64,000 nucleotides of DNA, from positions 18,115 to 82,114 of the forward strand of contig JBGCFM010000010.1 in NCBI GenBank assembly GCA_045106895.1, read 5' to 3'. The stretch is from Polyangiales bacterium (GTDB lineage: Bacteria; Myxococcota_A; Polyangia; Polyangiales; Houyiibacteriaceae). The number at the start of each line of letters is the position of its first letter. The stretch's first letter is position 1. The position numbers and the translations under genes are program-made. The notes below the pieces were generated by a model. That model made no database searches, had not been told where the DNA came from, and worked only from the letters and a program-made list of their open reading frames with translations. Below, in pieces: positions 1 through 9,081 of the stretch.

Positions 1-491
1 GTGCCGTAGACGAAGAGTCGATTTACGGGTCTGGGTGGACGCTTCGTCGCGGCACGCCGCAGGTTTTCGTCGTCGTGTGCAAAGGCCGCATACCCCTTGC
101 TGACGATCTGGAGGTACTCCGCGGTGGGAGCGATGAACCGCTCTCGTCTCTCCTCCCGTACGCAGTAGGTGAAGGCACGAAGCAGCGCGCCTTCGCAGGC
201 GACGATGACGTCGCGCCGCTCATAGTTGACCCCCGCGGACTCCTTCTCATCGAGCACCGAGACCTGGTCTGGGCTGAGGTCGAAGAGCGCGCCTGCGCAA
301 GCGTGCCCAAGGGAAGCCGCCGCATCGAGGGCGCCTCCTTGGCGGCTCGTCGAATGGTAGTGAAAGGCGGGCAGGTAATCAGGGAGCTGCGCCGCGCGCC
401 CGGGCAGTTCGAAGGGACGATGTCCATGCGCCGTGCAGTACCTCGCGAGGTCCTTCGCGTGAAGGTTCGAGCCGTAGGCGAAATAGAGCAT
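1..491 (-). CDS. Tandem gamma-glutamylcyclotransferase (GGCT/AIG2-like) domain protein, truncated at window edge
   Basis: Absent from the ORF track. Manual translation from ATG 491 gives MLYFAYGSNL...LDEKE..YER...AFTY...EYLQIV and then a second GGCT-type start, RLFVYGT, at the edge. The ATG overlaps the upstream stop (TGATG). Confidence 0.8.
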   Translation of the reverse strand, partial: MLYFAYGSNLHAKDLARYCTAHGHRPFELPGRAAQLPDYLPAFHYHSTSRQGGALDAAASLGHACAGALFDLSPDQVSVLDEKESAGVNYERRDVIVACEGALLRAFTYCVREERRERFIAPTAEYLQIVSKGYAAFAHDDENLRRAATKRPPRPVNRLFVYG

Positions 492-1918
492 CAGGGCACG
501 TCGATGGAGCGTTGCTGAACGACGACGCCGGGCGCGCCCATCGCGCCGCCTTCGCCGCCACCCGCGCCGGCCTCGCCACCTTCCGTCATCAACGTTCCAG
601 CGAACGAGGACGCCCGGAGGAACACCGCGATGGCCGGGCCGCCCTGACCGCCGCCGCCCGTTCCGCCGGGCGCGCCTTGTCCGCCGTTGCCTCCGCGTCC
701 GCCTCTGCCCGCGATCGCTTCTCCGCCGCTCTGGCCGTCGCCGCCGGGGCCACCGGGGCCACCAGGGCCGCCATCTCCGCCATCTCCGCCGCGACCCAAG
801 ATCACCAGCACCTCCCCGTCGAGGGTCACATCCGACTGAAACGCGACGATGCCGAAGGAGCCTCCTCCGCCGCCGCCGCCGAGGCCGCCGCTCCCGCCGC
901 ATCCGCCGCCGCCGCCGCCGCCGCCGACGTTGTACACGCCAAAGTTCCCAGCGCCGCCGCCGCCTCCGCCGCCGCCGGCCGCGCCCGCGGCGCCGATCTC
1001 ACCGTCGACGGGCTGAAACTCTGCGTCCGCCGAGATGCCGCCGCCGCCGCCGCCGCCCGCACCCGAAGCGGTTTCACCCGCTCCCGGGGCGCCGTCACCG
1101 CCGCCGCCGCCATTGCCGCCGGACCCCGCGTTGCCACCTTGGCCAAAGTCACCGACGGCTCCTTCGCCGTCTGCGCCCGGACGTGGCCCGCCGGATGTTT
1201 CGCCGCCGGTGCCCCCACGCGTGCACGTGTCGCCGCCTGAGCGCCTTCCATCATCCCCACCATCTTCGCCGGCGGCTCCTTCGTCGCCCGTTCCTCCGGC
1301 GGCGCCTGTGACTCCGTCGCCTGCTCGGATCACCGAGTCCCGAACGATGAGCTCGGTCTCGATGACCTGGATTCCGTAGCTGCTGGCCCCGGTTTCGTCC
1401 GTCGTTCCGGTGTCGAGCGACAAGCCCTCCAGTTCCACGCGAATACGCCCCGAGCCTTGAATGTGCATCACTCGGGGGCCGGGAGCGCGCACCTCGGTCT
1501 TGCACCCCAGCATCTCGAAGCCATCGCAGTAGCCGCCGCGGATGAACACGCTCTCGGAGACGGTTAGCGCTTCTTCGAAGGGACCCTCGGAGACGCAGAT
1601 GACTGGCGGCATCATCGCGAGGGCCGCGCTGAGAGTCGCCAGTGGCGCGTCTGCTTCTCCACTCGCCTCGTCCGAGCCGCCGACCGCCACGTGCACAGTG
1701 CAGTCCATCGGAAGAGAGACGACGGGCACGTCGGGCAGCTCAGGGATGTCGGTGCCAGCATCGAAGACATCTGGCATCACGAGCACGTCGGAGTTCGTGG
1801 GGCCACTGTCGCGAAGGCGGACATCCGGGCCCACATCCTCAGCCGCCGTGGGCAGCAGACCGGTGTGGTCAATGGAGCATGCGGTCGTGAAGAGTAGAAG
1901 AGAAACAGCCCACCGCAT
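491..1918 (-). CDS. Glycine-rich (PGRS-like) lipoprotein with DUF1565-like domain
   Basis: Signal/lipobox MRWAVSLLLFTTAC, a VHVAVGGSDEASGEADAPLATL motif, then long GGxGG repeats. Start moved from 2140 to ATG 1918. Confidence 0.7.
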   Translation of the reverse strand: MRWAVSLLLFTTACSIDHTGLLPTAAEDVGPDVRLRDSGPTNSDVLVMPDVFDAGTDIPELPDVPVVSLPMDCTVHVAVGGSDEASGEADAPLATLSAALAMMPPVICVSEGPFEEALTVSESVFIRGGYCDGFEMLGCKTEVRAPGPRVMHIQGSGRIRVELEGLSLDTGTTDETGASSYGIQVIETELIVRDSVIRAGDGVTGAAGGTGDEGAAGEDGGDDGRRSGGDTCTRGGTGGETSGGPRPGADGEGAVGDFGQGGNAGSGGNGGGGGDGAPGAGETASGAGGGGGGGISADAEFQPVDGEIGAAGAAGGGGGGGGAGNFGVYNVGGGGGGGGCGGSGGLGGGGGGGSFGIVAFQSDVTLDGEVLVILGRGGDGGDGGPGGPGGPGGDGQSGGEAIAGRGGRGGNGGQGAPGGTGGGGQGGPAIAVFLRASSFAGTLMTEGGEAGAGGGEGGAMGAPGVVVQQRSIDVP

Positions 1919-1991
1919 GAGTGAGCATAGCCCGGCCAACAAGCGCGCGCGACCTTGGCCTGAAGCGAAGTCTGTCGTATGGCCGGGGGTG

Positions 1992-3530
1992 ATGAGATGT
2001 TTCCGCGGCTTCATGGTCCTATATCTAGTGGTTCTCGGCGCATGCGACACCGCGCCAGACGAGGGCCCCGTCTCCCCCGCGCCGCCTCCTCGGCCTTCGG
2101 CGGATCGTTTGGCGGCGGAGCTTGACTCCGTCCTGATCATTGGCGGCGGCGCGGACCCGGCATCGACACAAATTTCGTTGGCTCAAGACGTACGACTCGC
2201 GAGGGACACGTTTGTGCATCTCGGTGCGGACCCCAGCGTCCTTTTCGGCAGCGGAGATGGAAGTCTCGTCCAACGTTCAACGGACGTCGCGCCATCGTCG
2301 CTGCGCGAGGAGCTCGCCGACTTCTTTGACCCTCGCGACCGTGCCGTTCTCTACGAGTCCTTCGACGTTCGAGCCGCGGGGCCCGCGGACGCGGACATGG
2401 TGCTTTCTCTTGTGACGTCATTGCCGCCTCAGCCGGAGCCACGTTTCTTTTTTCTCGCAGGACACGGAGAACGAGGCGATGAGCCATGGGACGCGATTAT
2501 CCGGCTCTGGGGAGATGTTCCTTTGAGCGTCCCAGAGTTTGCGGAGGCTCTTGGCGAGGCGCCGACGCGTGTGGTCATCACCAGCTGCTTCGGCGGTGGT
2601 TTCGCGAGCCTCTTTTTTCGTGATGGCCGCCCACCCGCAGGCGATGTTCAGGCGTCCGATGTGATGCCGAATCGATGTGGGTTCTTCGCGAGCACTTGGG
2701 ATCGGGAAGCCAGCGGCTGCGACCCGAATCCAGAGCGCGCCCAGCAGCAGGGGTACGCCATGCACTTTCTCCACGCCCTCGAAGGCGAGGACCGCGACGG
2801 CGAGGAGTTCGACGTGGACTTCGACCATGACGGTCAGGTCACAATGCTCGAAGCCCACACGCGCGCGCGAATTGCGGACCGCTCGTTCGATGTCCCATCG
2901 ACGACGTCGGAGCTGTTTCTTCGAATGGTCGCGGGCAAGCCGGTCTCCGGCGTTCACGAAGCGGCCGACGGCGCACCCGAAGACGCCGCTGAAACCGGCG
3001 CGGAACCTCCGCCAGAAGCGCCTCCCGAAGCTGAGGAGGCGGCGGTCATCGCTGCCCTCGGCGCAGAGCTTGGGCTGCCGAGCGCAACAGCGGTGACCTC
3101 ACGCGTCGAGGCGCTTCGGGACGCAATCGCCGAGCAGGAGGGAACCCACAGTGCGATTCAGGAGAGAGCTGACTACGCCTACTACAGCCTGCGTATTCGA
3201 CTTCTCGAGCGCTGGCCGTTTCTCGACGACCCCTGGCATGGAGAGCACGCGGCGCTCATGGCGCGGGAGAGTTCTGCCATCGAAGCTGTGCTTCATGACT
3301 CGGTGGAGGCGCGCGAGTACGCGGAGTCCCTTCGGGACCAAGAACGAGTCGCTGCGGACTACGATGAACTCCAGGTCCAGCTGGCTCGGGCCCTAGTCCT
3401 CTCGCGCGCCTACGAGAACGTGGCTCTCACAGCACTATTGCGAGCTCAGGGCGGAGAGCTTTGGCAAACGTATGAAGCCCTTCGAGCGTGCGAGCGGGTG
3501 CCACCGAGCACGTTCGCCAGCGCAGAATAG
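1992..3530 (+). CDS. Clan CD (caspase/legumain-like) cysteine peptidase lipoprotein with C-terminal helical region
   Basis: Lipobox VVLGAC, His-Gly motif FFFLAGHG, Cys motif VVITSCFGGGF, DFDHDGQVTMLEAH segment and a coiled-coil-like C-terminus. Confidence 0.65.
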   Translation: MRCFRGFMVLYLVVLGACDTAPDEGPVSPAPPPRPSADRLAAELDSVLIIGGGADPASTQISLAQDVRLARDTFVHLGADPSVLFGSGDGSLVQRSTDVAPSSLREELADFFDPRDRAVLYESFDVRAAGPADADMVLSLVTSLPPQPEPRFFFLAGHGERGDEPWDAIIRLWGDVPLSVPEFAEALGEAPTRVVITSCFGGGFASLFFRDGRPPAGDVQASDVMPNRCGFFASTWDREASGCDPNPERAQQQGYAMHFLHALEGEDRDGEEFDVDFDHDGQVTMLEAHTRARIADRSFDVPSTTSELFLRMVAGKPVSGVHEAADGAPEDAAETGAEPPPEAPPEAEEAAVIAALGAELGLPSATAVTSRVEALRDAIAEQEGTHSAIQERADYAYYSLRIRLLERWPFLDDPWHGEHAALMARESSAIEAVLHDSVEAREYAESLRDQERVAADYDELQVQLARALVLSRAYENVALTALLRAQGGELWQTYEALRACERVPPSTFASAE

Positions 3531-3654
3531 GTCCGGCCAGCTCGGACGCGCACGGGCTCGCTTACATCCTTCTACCTCTCCCACAATGTCTCACGTGAGA
3601 TCGCAAAAAGCCGTGATAGCGATGGAGAAAGAGGCGTGGCATAACTTGTTCTCC

Positions 3655-4551
3655 ATGAGGGCCGATGAGCAGGTGAAGGATTCTGTGGAAGAGTCCGCCG
3701 ATCGAGATGACGCGGGCCAGACCGCGGAGGTCCCCACCATGACCTTCGACGATGCCAAGAAGGCCCTCGGCGAGGACGTGAACAGGCCCGGGCTGGATGA
3801 GCAGCCGACCCGGAAGATCGCGGCGCTGAGCGCAGACGACGCAGAGAAAGTGTCCGGCGAGCGTCGGTCGGTGCGGGTGTTCAAGCACCCCTCCAAACCA
3901 CCTCCGCCACGCCTGGAGCTCCCCCTCGCCACCGCTCAGTTTCAAGCCATCGATGAGGAGCTTCTGCCCGATGCTCCTGCGCCGGCACGAACAAGGTCAC
4001 GCGGACCCATCACCGCCGCGGCGCTTCTGTTTGCTGCTGCGACGGGTGCGGCGCTGGCTTGGGCAACCCACAGCCCTACGCCCGCTGGGGCGGCGCTCGC
4101 CTCGCCACCCAGCGTAACCCAGCCTGCGGAAGAGCCTCCGGCCGAGACACCACCGGCTGCAGCTGAGGAGACGCCTGCGACGGAGCCGCCGGCATCGCAA
4201 GAACCGACCGAAACGAGCGCTCAAGCGAACCCAGAGCAGGCGGGGTCGGAACGCGCCGAGTCGCTCCTCGAAGAGGCGGAGGGCCTTCGCGGCGGTGAGC
4301 GACTCGCGGCCCTTGAGGCAGCTGCCGCGGCAGACTCATCCAACCCGCACGCCGCGGCTGCATTAGCTGAGTTCCACATGGAGAACGATCCGCACGAGGC
4401 GCTTGAGTGGGCTCTGCAAGCGGCGCAGCTTCGTCGTCGGCGCGCGAGCTACCAGGACTTGGTCGCCGACGCCTACGAACGAATCGGCAACATGAACGAT
4501 GCCGCCCATGCCCGGGCGACCGCCGCCTCTTTGCGAGAAGGCAACGACTAA
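3655..4551 (+). CDS. Membrane-anchored protein with Pro/Glu-rich linker and C-terminal TPR-like helices
   Basis: Single hydrophobic segment ITAAALLFAAATGAALAWA and an Ala-rich TPR-like end. Start uncertain (3622 or 3655). Confidence 0.55.
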   Translation: MRADEQVKDSVEESADRDDAGQTAEVPTMTFDDAKKALGEDVNRPGLDEQPTRKIAALSADDAEKVSGERRSVRVFKHPSKPPPPRLELPLATAQFQAIDEELLPDAPAPARTRSRGPITAAALLFAAATGAALAWATHSPTPAGAALASPPSVTQPAEEPPAETPPAAAEETPATEPPASQEPTETSAQANPEQAGSERAESLLEEAEGLRGGERLAALEAAAAADSSNPHAAAALAEFHMENDPHEALEWALQAAQLRRRRASYQDLVADAYERIGNMNDAAHARATAASLREGND

Positions 4552-4586
4552 GCTTTGCGTTGCGCTTCATGAAGTACGCCGGCTCC

Positions 4587-5204
4587 ATGAAGTGGCTCTT
4601 CGTTCTCATCATCGTCGCGTGCTCCAGCGCTCGCGTAGACCAGCGTCAGACCTCTGCGCTTAGTGAGCCGCCGCGTTTGGTGGCGCTCGCTGAGGCGCCT
4701 GACACCGTCGGCGATGAGGCTCCACGCACACGTGTCGGGTTCGTGGACGGCCAAGGGAACATCACTGAGCACGACCAAGGGGCTCAGCTCTTCGTTGAGC
4801 GTTTTCGGGACGGCGCCGCCCTCGTCGACTCCGAGCGGCGCCTGTACCAGGTCTGGCCGTTCGAGCGTCGGATGCTCGCGGCGAATGTGTCCGCCCTCGC
4901 GAGTGACGGAGAACACCTGGTGTACGTCACGCAGAACCCGGATGGGCTCTCCATTCGACTTCACGACGGAGCCTCGGAGCGTGTCCTCGCGCGGGGCCTC
5001 GCCTCCGCCGGCGTCTTGAAGATCGAAGCCGAGCGAGTCCTCTTCGTCGGTGCGGCGAACGGTGGTGTCGCCGGCGTGTGGCAGGTGAGCTTCAACGGCA
5101 ACGAAGCGCACTGCGCCACCAACTGTGACCTCCGCACCGGTGAGCCGTGGGGTGATGCTTTCGTTCCGCCGCCCACCGAGCCCACGCTCCTGGAGATCCC
5201 GTGA
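4587..5204 (+). CDS. Hypothetical lipoprotein
   Basis: MKWLFVLIIVAC lipobox. The stop overlaps the next start (GTGA). Confidence 0.65.
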   Translation: MKWLFVLIIVACSSARVDQRQTSALSEPPRLVALAEAPDTVGDEAPRTRVGFVDGQGNITEHDQGAQLFVERFRDGAALVDSERRLYQVWPFERRMLAANVSALASDGEHLVYVTQNPDGLSIRLHDGASERVLARGLASAGVLKIEAERVLFVGAANGGVAGVWQVSFNGNEAHCATNCDLRTGEPWGDAFVPPPTEPTLLEIP

Positions 5205-6394
5205 GCCTTCGGGTCTTCGCGCTCGCCTGCGGCGCGCTCGGTGCCGTGCTCGTCGGGAACGCAGGCGCCGACGCACAGACTTTTCGGAGTCCTCTTGAGT
5301 GCTCGGGTTGCATTGGACTGTGGAACTACTTTGACCAAGACGCGACCGGCGGCACGCGTGACTGGAACTGCCAGAGCGCGACGTACGATGGGCACCGCGG
5401 AACGGACCTCGCGATCAACGGATCGAACGGCGCCATCGACGATGGGTTCAATGTCGTCGCCGCCGCGAACGGCGTCGTCGTCGCCGCCCAAGATGGACAC
5501 TTTGATCGTTGCCGTACATGCAACGCGAGCGTCGACTCACGGTGTGGACTTGGGTTTGGCGGTGGCTTTGGTAACCACATCGTCGTCAACCACGGCCCGT
5601 ACCGCGTAATCTACGCTCACCTGCGCACCGGCAGCGTACGTGTGTCTGTTGGCGACACGGTGAGTTGTGGAGAGGCCATCGGCCAGGTCGGGTCGAGCGG
5701 CTGTAGCACCGGAGCTCACCTACACTTTGAGACGCGCACGGACGTCGGTAGAACGAGCGCCTTCGACCCCTTCGAAGGAGCGTGCTCCCCCGGCGCGTCT
5801 CGATGGACGTCGCAAGGACCTCACCGTGGATTGCCGAGCGCCGAGTGCGACGGAGCGCCCCCCGCATGTCCCGGTGGGACCTACGAGATCTGGACCTGCA
5901 ACGCGGAGCGTACCCAGCGCCGGCGCTGTATCGACGGCATGGACACCATCGAGCCTTGCCCGTACGGATGCCAGTCGATGCCCGTCGGTACCGATGACAT
6001 CTGCTCGCCAGCACCGGACTCCGATGGTGACGGCTCTCCGGCGGACGAAGACTGTGACGACGCCGACCCTGGGCGTCGGCCGGGCTTGATGGAGGTCTGC
6101 GAAGACGGGGTTGACCAAGACTGCGATGGCTCCGACGCGCTCTGTCCCGGAAGCGACGCTGGACCAGGGTCCCCGGACGCAGGCCCATCGTTCGACGGTG
6201 GTCTCGGCTTCGACGGTGGCACGCGAGACGGCGACGCGGGCGGCCAGGTTGATGTCGGCGCCGATGAGCGCGGGGAGACCGGGACGCTCACCTCCGGTTG
6301 CAGCTGCCGCGTGGGGGCGAGGCGAAGTTCGCCGGTGGGCCTCGGTTTCGGTCTTGCCGGTTTCGCGCTCTTTGTGCGTCTCCGTCGCCGGTGA
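5201..6394 (+). CDS. M23 family peptidoglycan DD-metalloendopeptidase with Cys/Asp-rich metal-binding repeat and MYXO-CTERM anchor
   Basis: HRGTD (HxxxD), GNHIVV, YAHL, STGAHLHF (HxH); DSDGDG..DCDD..EVCEDGVDQDCDG repeat; C-terminal GCSC-hydrophobic-RRR. Confidence 0.9.
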   Translation: MSLRVFALACGALGAVLVGNAGADAQTFRSPLECSGCIGLWNYFDQDATGGTRDWNCQSATYDGHRGTDLAINGSNGAIDDGFNVVAAANGVVVAAQDGHFDRCRTCNASVDSRCGLGFGGGFGNHIVVNHGPYRVIYAHLRTGSVRVSVGDTVSCGEAIGQVGSSGCSTGAHLHFETRTDVGRTSAFDPFEGACSPGASRWTSQGPHRGLPSAECDGAPPACPGGTYEIWTCNAERTQRRRCIDGMDTIEPCPYGCQSMPVGTDDICSPAPDSDGDGSPADEDCDDADPGRRPGLMEVCEDGVDQDCDGSDALCPGSDAGPGSPDAGPSFDGGLGFDGGTRDGDAGGQVDVGADERGETGTLTSGCSCRVGARRSSPVGLGFGLAGFALFVRLRRR

Positions 6395-8218
6395 CTACGA
6401 CTCGGCGTCCTCGAGCGCTGGCGTGTTCCAACGAAAGTGGTCCACGACGACCACCTCGGCGTCTTTCGCGAGGGGGTCTTCAAGGCCCAAGACCCAGCCA
6501 TCGACGGTGCCGTCGGCCTGAATGCGAAAGCGAATGAAGTGTTTATAGCCGGGGTGGGCGAGGGCGGTGAACGCCTGAGACTCCTCGATACCAAAACGTG
6601 TCAGCGCGGCGAGGTACGCGCCGAAGGTGAAGCCGCCGAAGAGAACCGCGAGGAGCAGGGCCAAGGTCCCGCTGAGCCAGGTGCTTAGCTCGAACACGAA
6701 ACGTTCCTCGGCCCAGCCCACGAGAAATGCCGTGAGCGCGGGGACGAGTCCCGTCGAGACGCCAGCGATCAACGCAAGACCTGTGACCTTCGCTCGAGGA
6801 GGGTTTCGGACGCCGCCGAGACCGGCGTAGATCAGAAAGGTCACAAAAGCGGCGACCATCGATGCGCTCACCATGCCCGCGTGACGGCCCCAAAAACCAC
6901 CGACTCCCAACGCCGGCGCGTAAAGAAGGAGCATGACCACGTGAGGGATCAGCCCCGCGCGCCCGGACATCACGTGAAGCGCCGCACCCCTCAAGATCGA
7001 CTTCGACTGCGCCCGGTTCGGCCACTCCACGTCGGCTTGGCTTCGGTCGTCACGGGCGATGGGCGCTGGATGAAGGAACGCACCACCGCCGCCAGCGGTG
7101 ATGTGTGTGGTCTTCCCGAGAGACTCACGTCGGTAGTGGTGGATGTCGCCGGAGATGACGAGGGCCTCCTCTTCTTCGAGCTCAAGGCCTAGCCGCTCGA
7201 CGGTGTCGACGCCGGTCTTGCTCGGCTTTCCGAAGGCGAGGACGGGGTCCGGAAGCAAGACCCATGGTTTGACGTTCGGGCGACGTCGCCGGCGTTTTCG
7301 AAAGAACTCAACCTGTTGTCCGTCGATACGACGAAGCTGCCGGTCGACGCCCCAGAGGTCCACGTTGGGTGCGAGAGGGACGCACCAATAGCTCGCGCTC
7401 TGGACAGGGCGGTAGCCGTGAATGAGCACGGCGTCGATCTTGGAGCGCTCTTCGCCCGCGACGAAGCTCCCAACGAAGTCCACGGCATGTTCGATGACGC
7501 CACCGTCGATTTTCTCCATGGAGGGAAGGATGTCGTCGTCTTCGCCCCACCGCTTTCGACGGAACATGCGCGAGAAGCCATCCAGCCCGTCGTACCAGTC
7601 GTGGTTGCCCGGGATTCCCAAGAGCACGCGCGTCTGTCTATCGCCCCCCACGGCGCGCCCGGCGCGGTTGAAGGGCACACTGACGCGGTCATGAATCTCT
7701 TGAACCGTCGCGACGGGGTAAGCGGTGTCGCCGCCGAACACGAGGAGCTCACCCCGAGGCGCCGAGACGGTCTCGCCGCCTTCTCTTGCCTCTTCGCTTG
7801 GGAGCGGAAGCTCGTAGCGAGACATGACCATTCGGGCGACGGCTTCGGTCACCAGCGGCTGCTCACCGGTGTCCGCCAGGTAGTCCATCCAGACATCGCG
7901 TCCGAGCGCCGCCGTCAAGCTCTTGGCCTGGATGTCGCCGCCTAGACGCTTGACCATGCGGCGCAAGAGCTGGTCCGGCGGGTCCGCCATCATCCAGTCA
8001 CGTGCATCGATGCCGTCGGTGGCGATGGCGCTCGCGACGAAGTGGCGTAGATGCCCCCAGAGTGAACGAAAGCCGTACCAGGCGATGCCTGAGGGTATGG
8101 ACTTACGCCGCGTGAATCGACGCCGCACCCGCGCAAGGGCGGCTGTCGGCGTGAGCGGCGGAGCGGGCGAGGCCTTCGCCAATGTCCTCGGTGCGCGCGA
8201 GGGACGACGTGGGCGCAT
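6395..8218 (-). CDS. Calcineurin-like metallophosphoesterase with C-terminal membrane segments
   Basis: DYLADTG, GGDTAYP, PGNHDWYDG, SGDIHHY and GGGGAFLHP motifs, plus several hydrophobic helices near the C-terminus. Confidence 0.85.
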   Translation of the reverse strand: MRPRRPSRAPRTLAKASPAPPLTPTAALARVRRRFTRRKSIPSGIAWYGFRSLWGHLRHFVASAIATDGIDARDWMMADPPDQLLRRMVKRLGGDIQAKSLTAALGRDVWMDYLADTGEQPLVTEAVARMVMSRYELPLPSEEAREGGETVSAPRGELLVFGGDTAYPVATVQEIHDRVSVPFNRAGRAVGGDRQTRVLLGIPGNHDWYDGLDGFSRMFRRKRWGEDDDILPSMEKIDGGVIEHAVDFVGSFVAGEERSKIDAVLIHGYRPVQSASYWCVPLAPNVDLWGVDRQLRRIDGQQVEFFRKRRRRRPNVKPWVLLPDPVLAFGKPSKTGVDTVERLGLELEEEEALVISGDIHHYRRESLGKTTHITAGGGGAFLHPAPIARDDRSQADVEWPNRAQSKSILRGAALHVMSGRAGLIPHVVMLLLYAPALGVGGFWGRHAGMVSASMVAAFVTFLIYAGLGGVRNPPRAKVTGLALIAGVSTGLVPALTAFLVGWAEERFVFELSTWLSGTLALLLAVLFGGFTFGAYLAALTRFGIEESQAFTALAHPGYKHFIRFRIQADGTVDGWVLGLEDPLAKDAEVVVVDHFRWNTPALEDAES

Positions 8219-8226
8219 GGAGTGCG

Positions 8227-9081
8227 TCACGCTGGCCTCGCCCGGCACACGAAGACAGCGTCGTCGAGGGCGATCACCGGCTTCTTTCGATCACCACGGC
8301 AAAGATAGGGAACCCGGGAGAGCAGCACTGGCTCAAGGTTGCACGCCGGAAAGAAGATCTCCGCCAGCGAAGACATACAATCCACGAAGTTCCCTCGGCC
8401 GCGGGGCGTCGGCAGGACCTCTTCTGGGCTTACGGTAACGGGGCCCATGTGGACGTGGGGTTTGAGGGGCAGCGGAACGGTACAAAGCAGAACGCCGCCG
8501 GGGCGAAGCAAGGTCTGCAGACGCTCGACGAGACGGTACGGGCGGCTCGTTCGATCGATGACATTCAGCAGCGCAACGCAGTCGAACCCTTCGGCTTCGG
8601 CGGAGCCCGGGAGGCGCTCTTCAGCGAGGTCTAGGGTGTGGCACTCGTATCCCCGGCCGCGAAGCCGTCGCGCCATGCCCGTCGAGAGCTCCGTTGTCGT
8701 GACTGCGGAGAAGAGCGGCGCAAGCTCGTCGGTCACCTGACCCTCGCCGGCGCCGACGTCGAGCAGCGTGCCGCCCTCTTTGATGCCCGCCGCTGTGAGG
8801 AGCCGTCGCGCCTGCTCCGTCCCGAGCACACGCATGTCATGAGCGCCGACGAGTCCGTTGGCGTCGTAGTCGCTCATGACGCTCCGCGCGATGGCGAGCG
8901 CCGCCATCGCTGCACGCCCGTGGGGGTGCGCTACGGCGTCGTCGATCCACGCCTTGGTCGACGCGTCCATGTCGAGGGGTCGCCAGAGCCGCCGGAGCGC
9001 TGTCGGGAAAGCCTCGACATCACATCCGTAACGCACCTTCGCGCCTTTGTAGGATTGGGCCCGCACCATCGACTTCCTCAT
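8227..9081 (-). CDS. Class I SAM-dependent methyltransferase, METTL9/DREV-like
   Basis: LLDVGAGEGQVT (motif I), TELS, LLNVIDR, PLP and C-terminal SRVPYLCRGD..LDDAVFV. ATG 9081 overlaps the upstream stop (ATGA). Confidence 0.85.
   Translation of the reverse strand: MRKSMVRAQSYKGAKVRYGCDVEAFPTALRRLWRPLDMDASTKAWIDDAVAHPHGRAAMAALAIARSVMSDYDANGLVGAHDMRVLGTEQARRLLTAAGIKEGGTLLDVGAGEGQVTDELAPLFSAVTTTELSTGMARRLRGRGYECHTLDLAEERLPGSAEAEGFDCVALLNVIDRTSRPYRLVERLQTLLRPGGVLLCTVPLPLKPHVHMGPVTVSPEEVLPTPRGRGNFVDCMSSLAEIFFPACNLEPVLLSRVPYLCRGDRKKPVIALDDAVFVCRARPA

Noticed and set aside
512..1379. Poly-Ala and poly-Pro ORFs and GCC-rich repeats
   Set aside because: They are alternative frames of the Gly-rich coding region, not separate genes or a repeat array.
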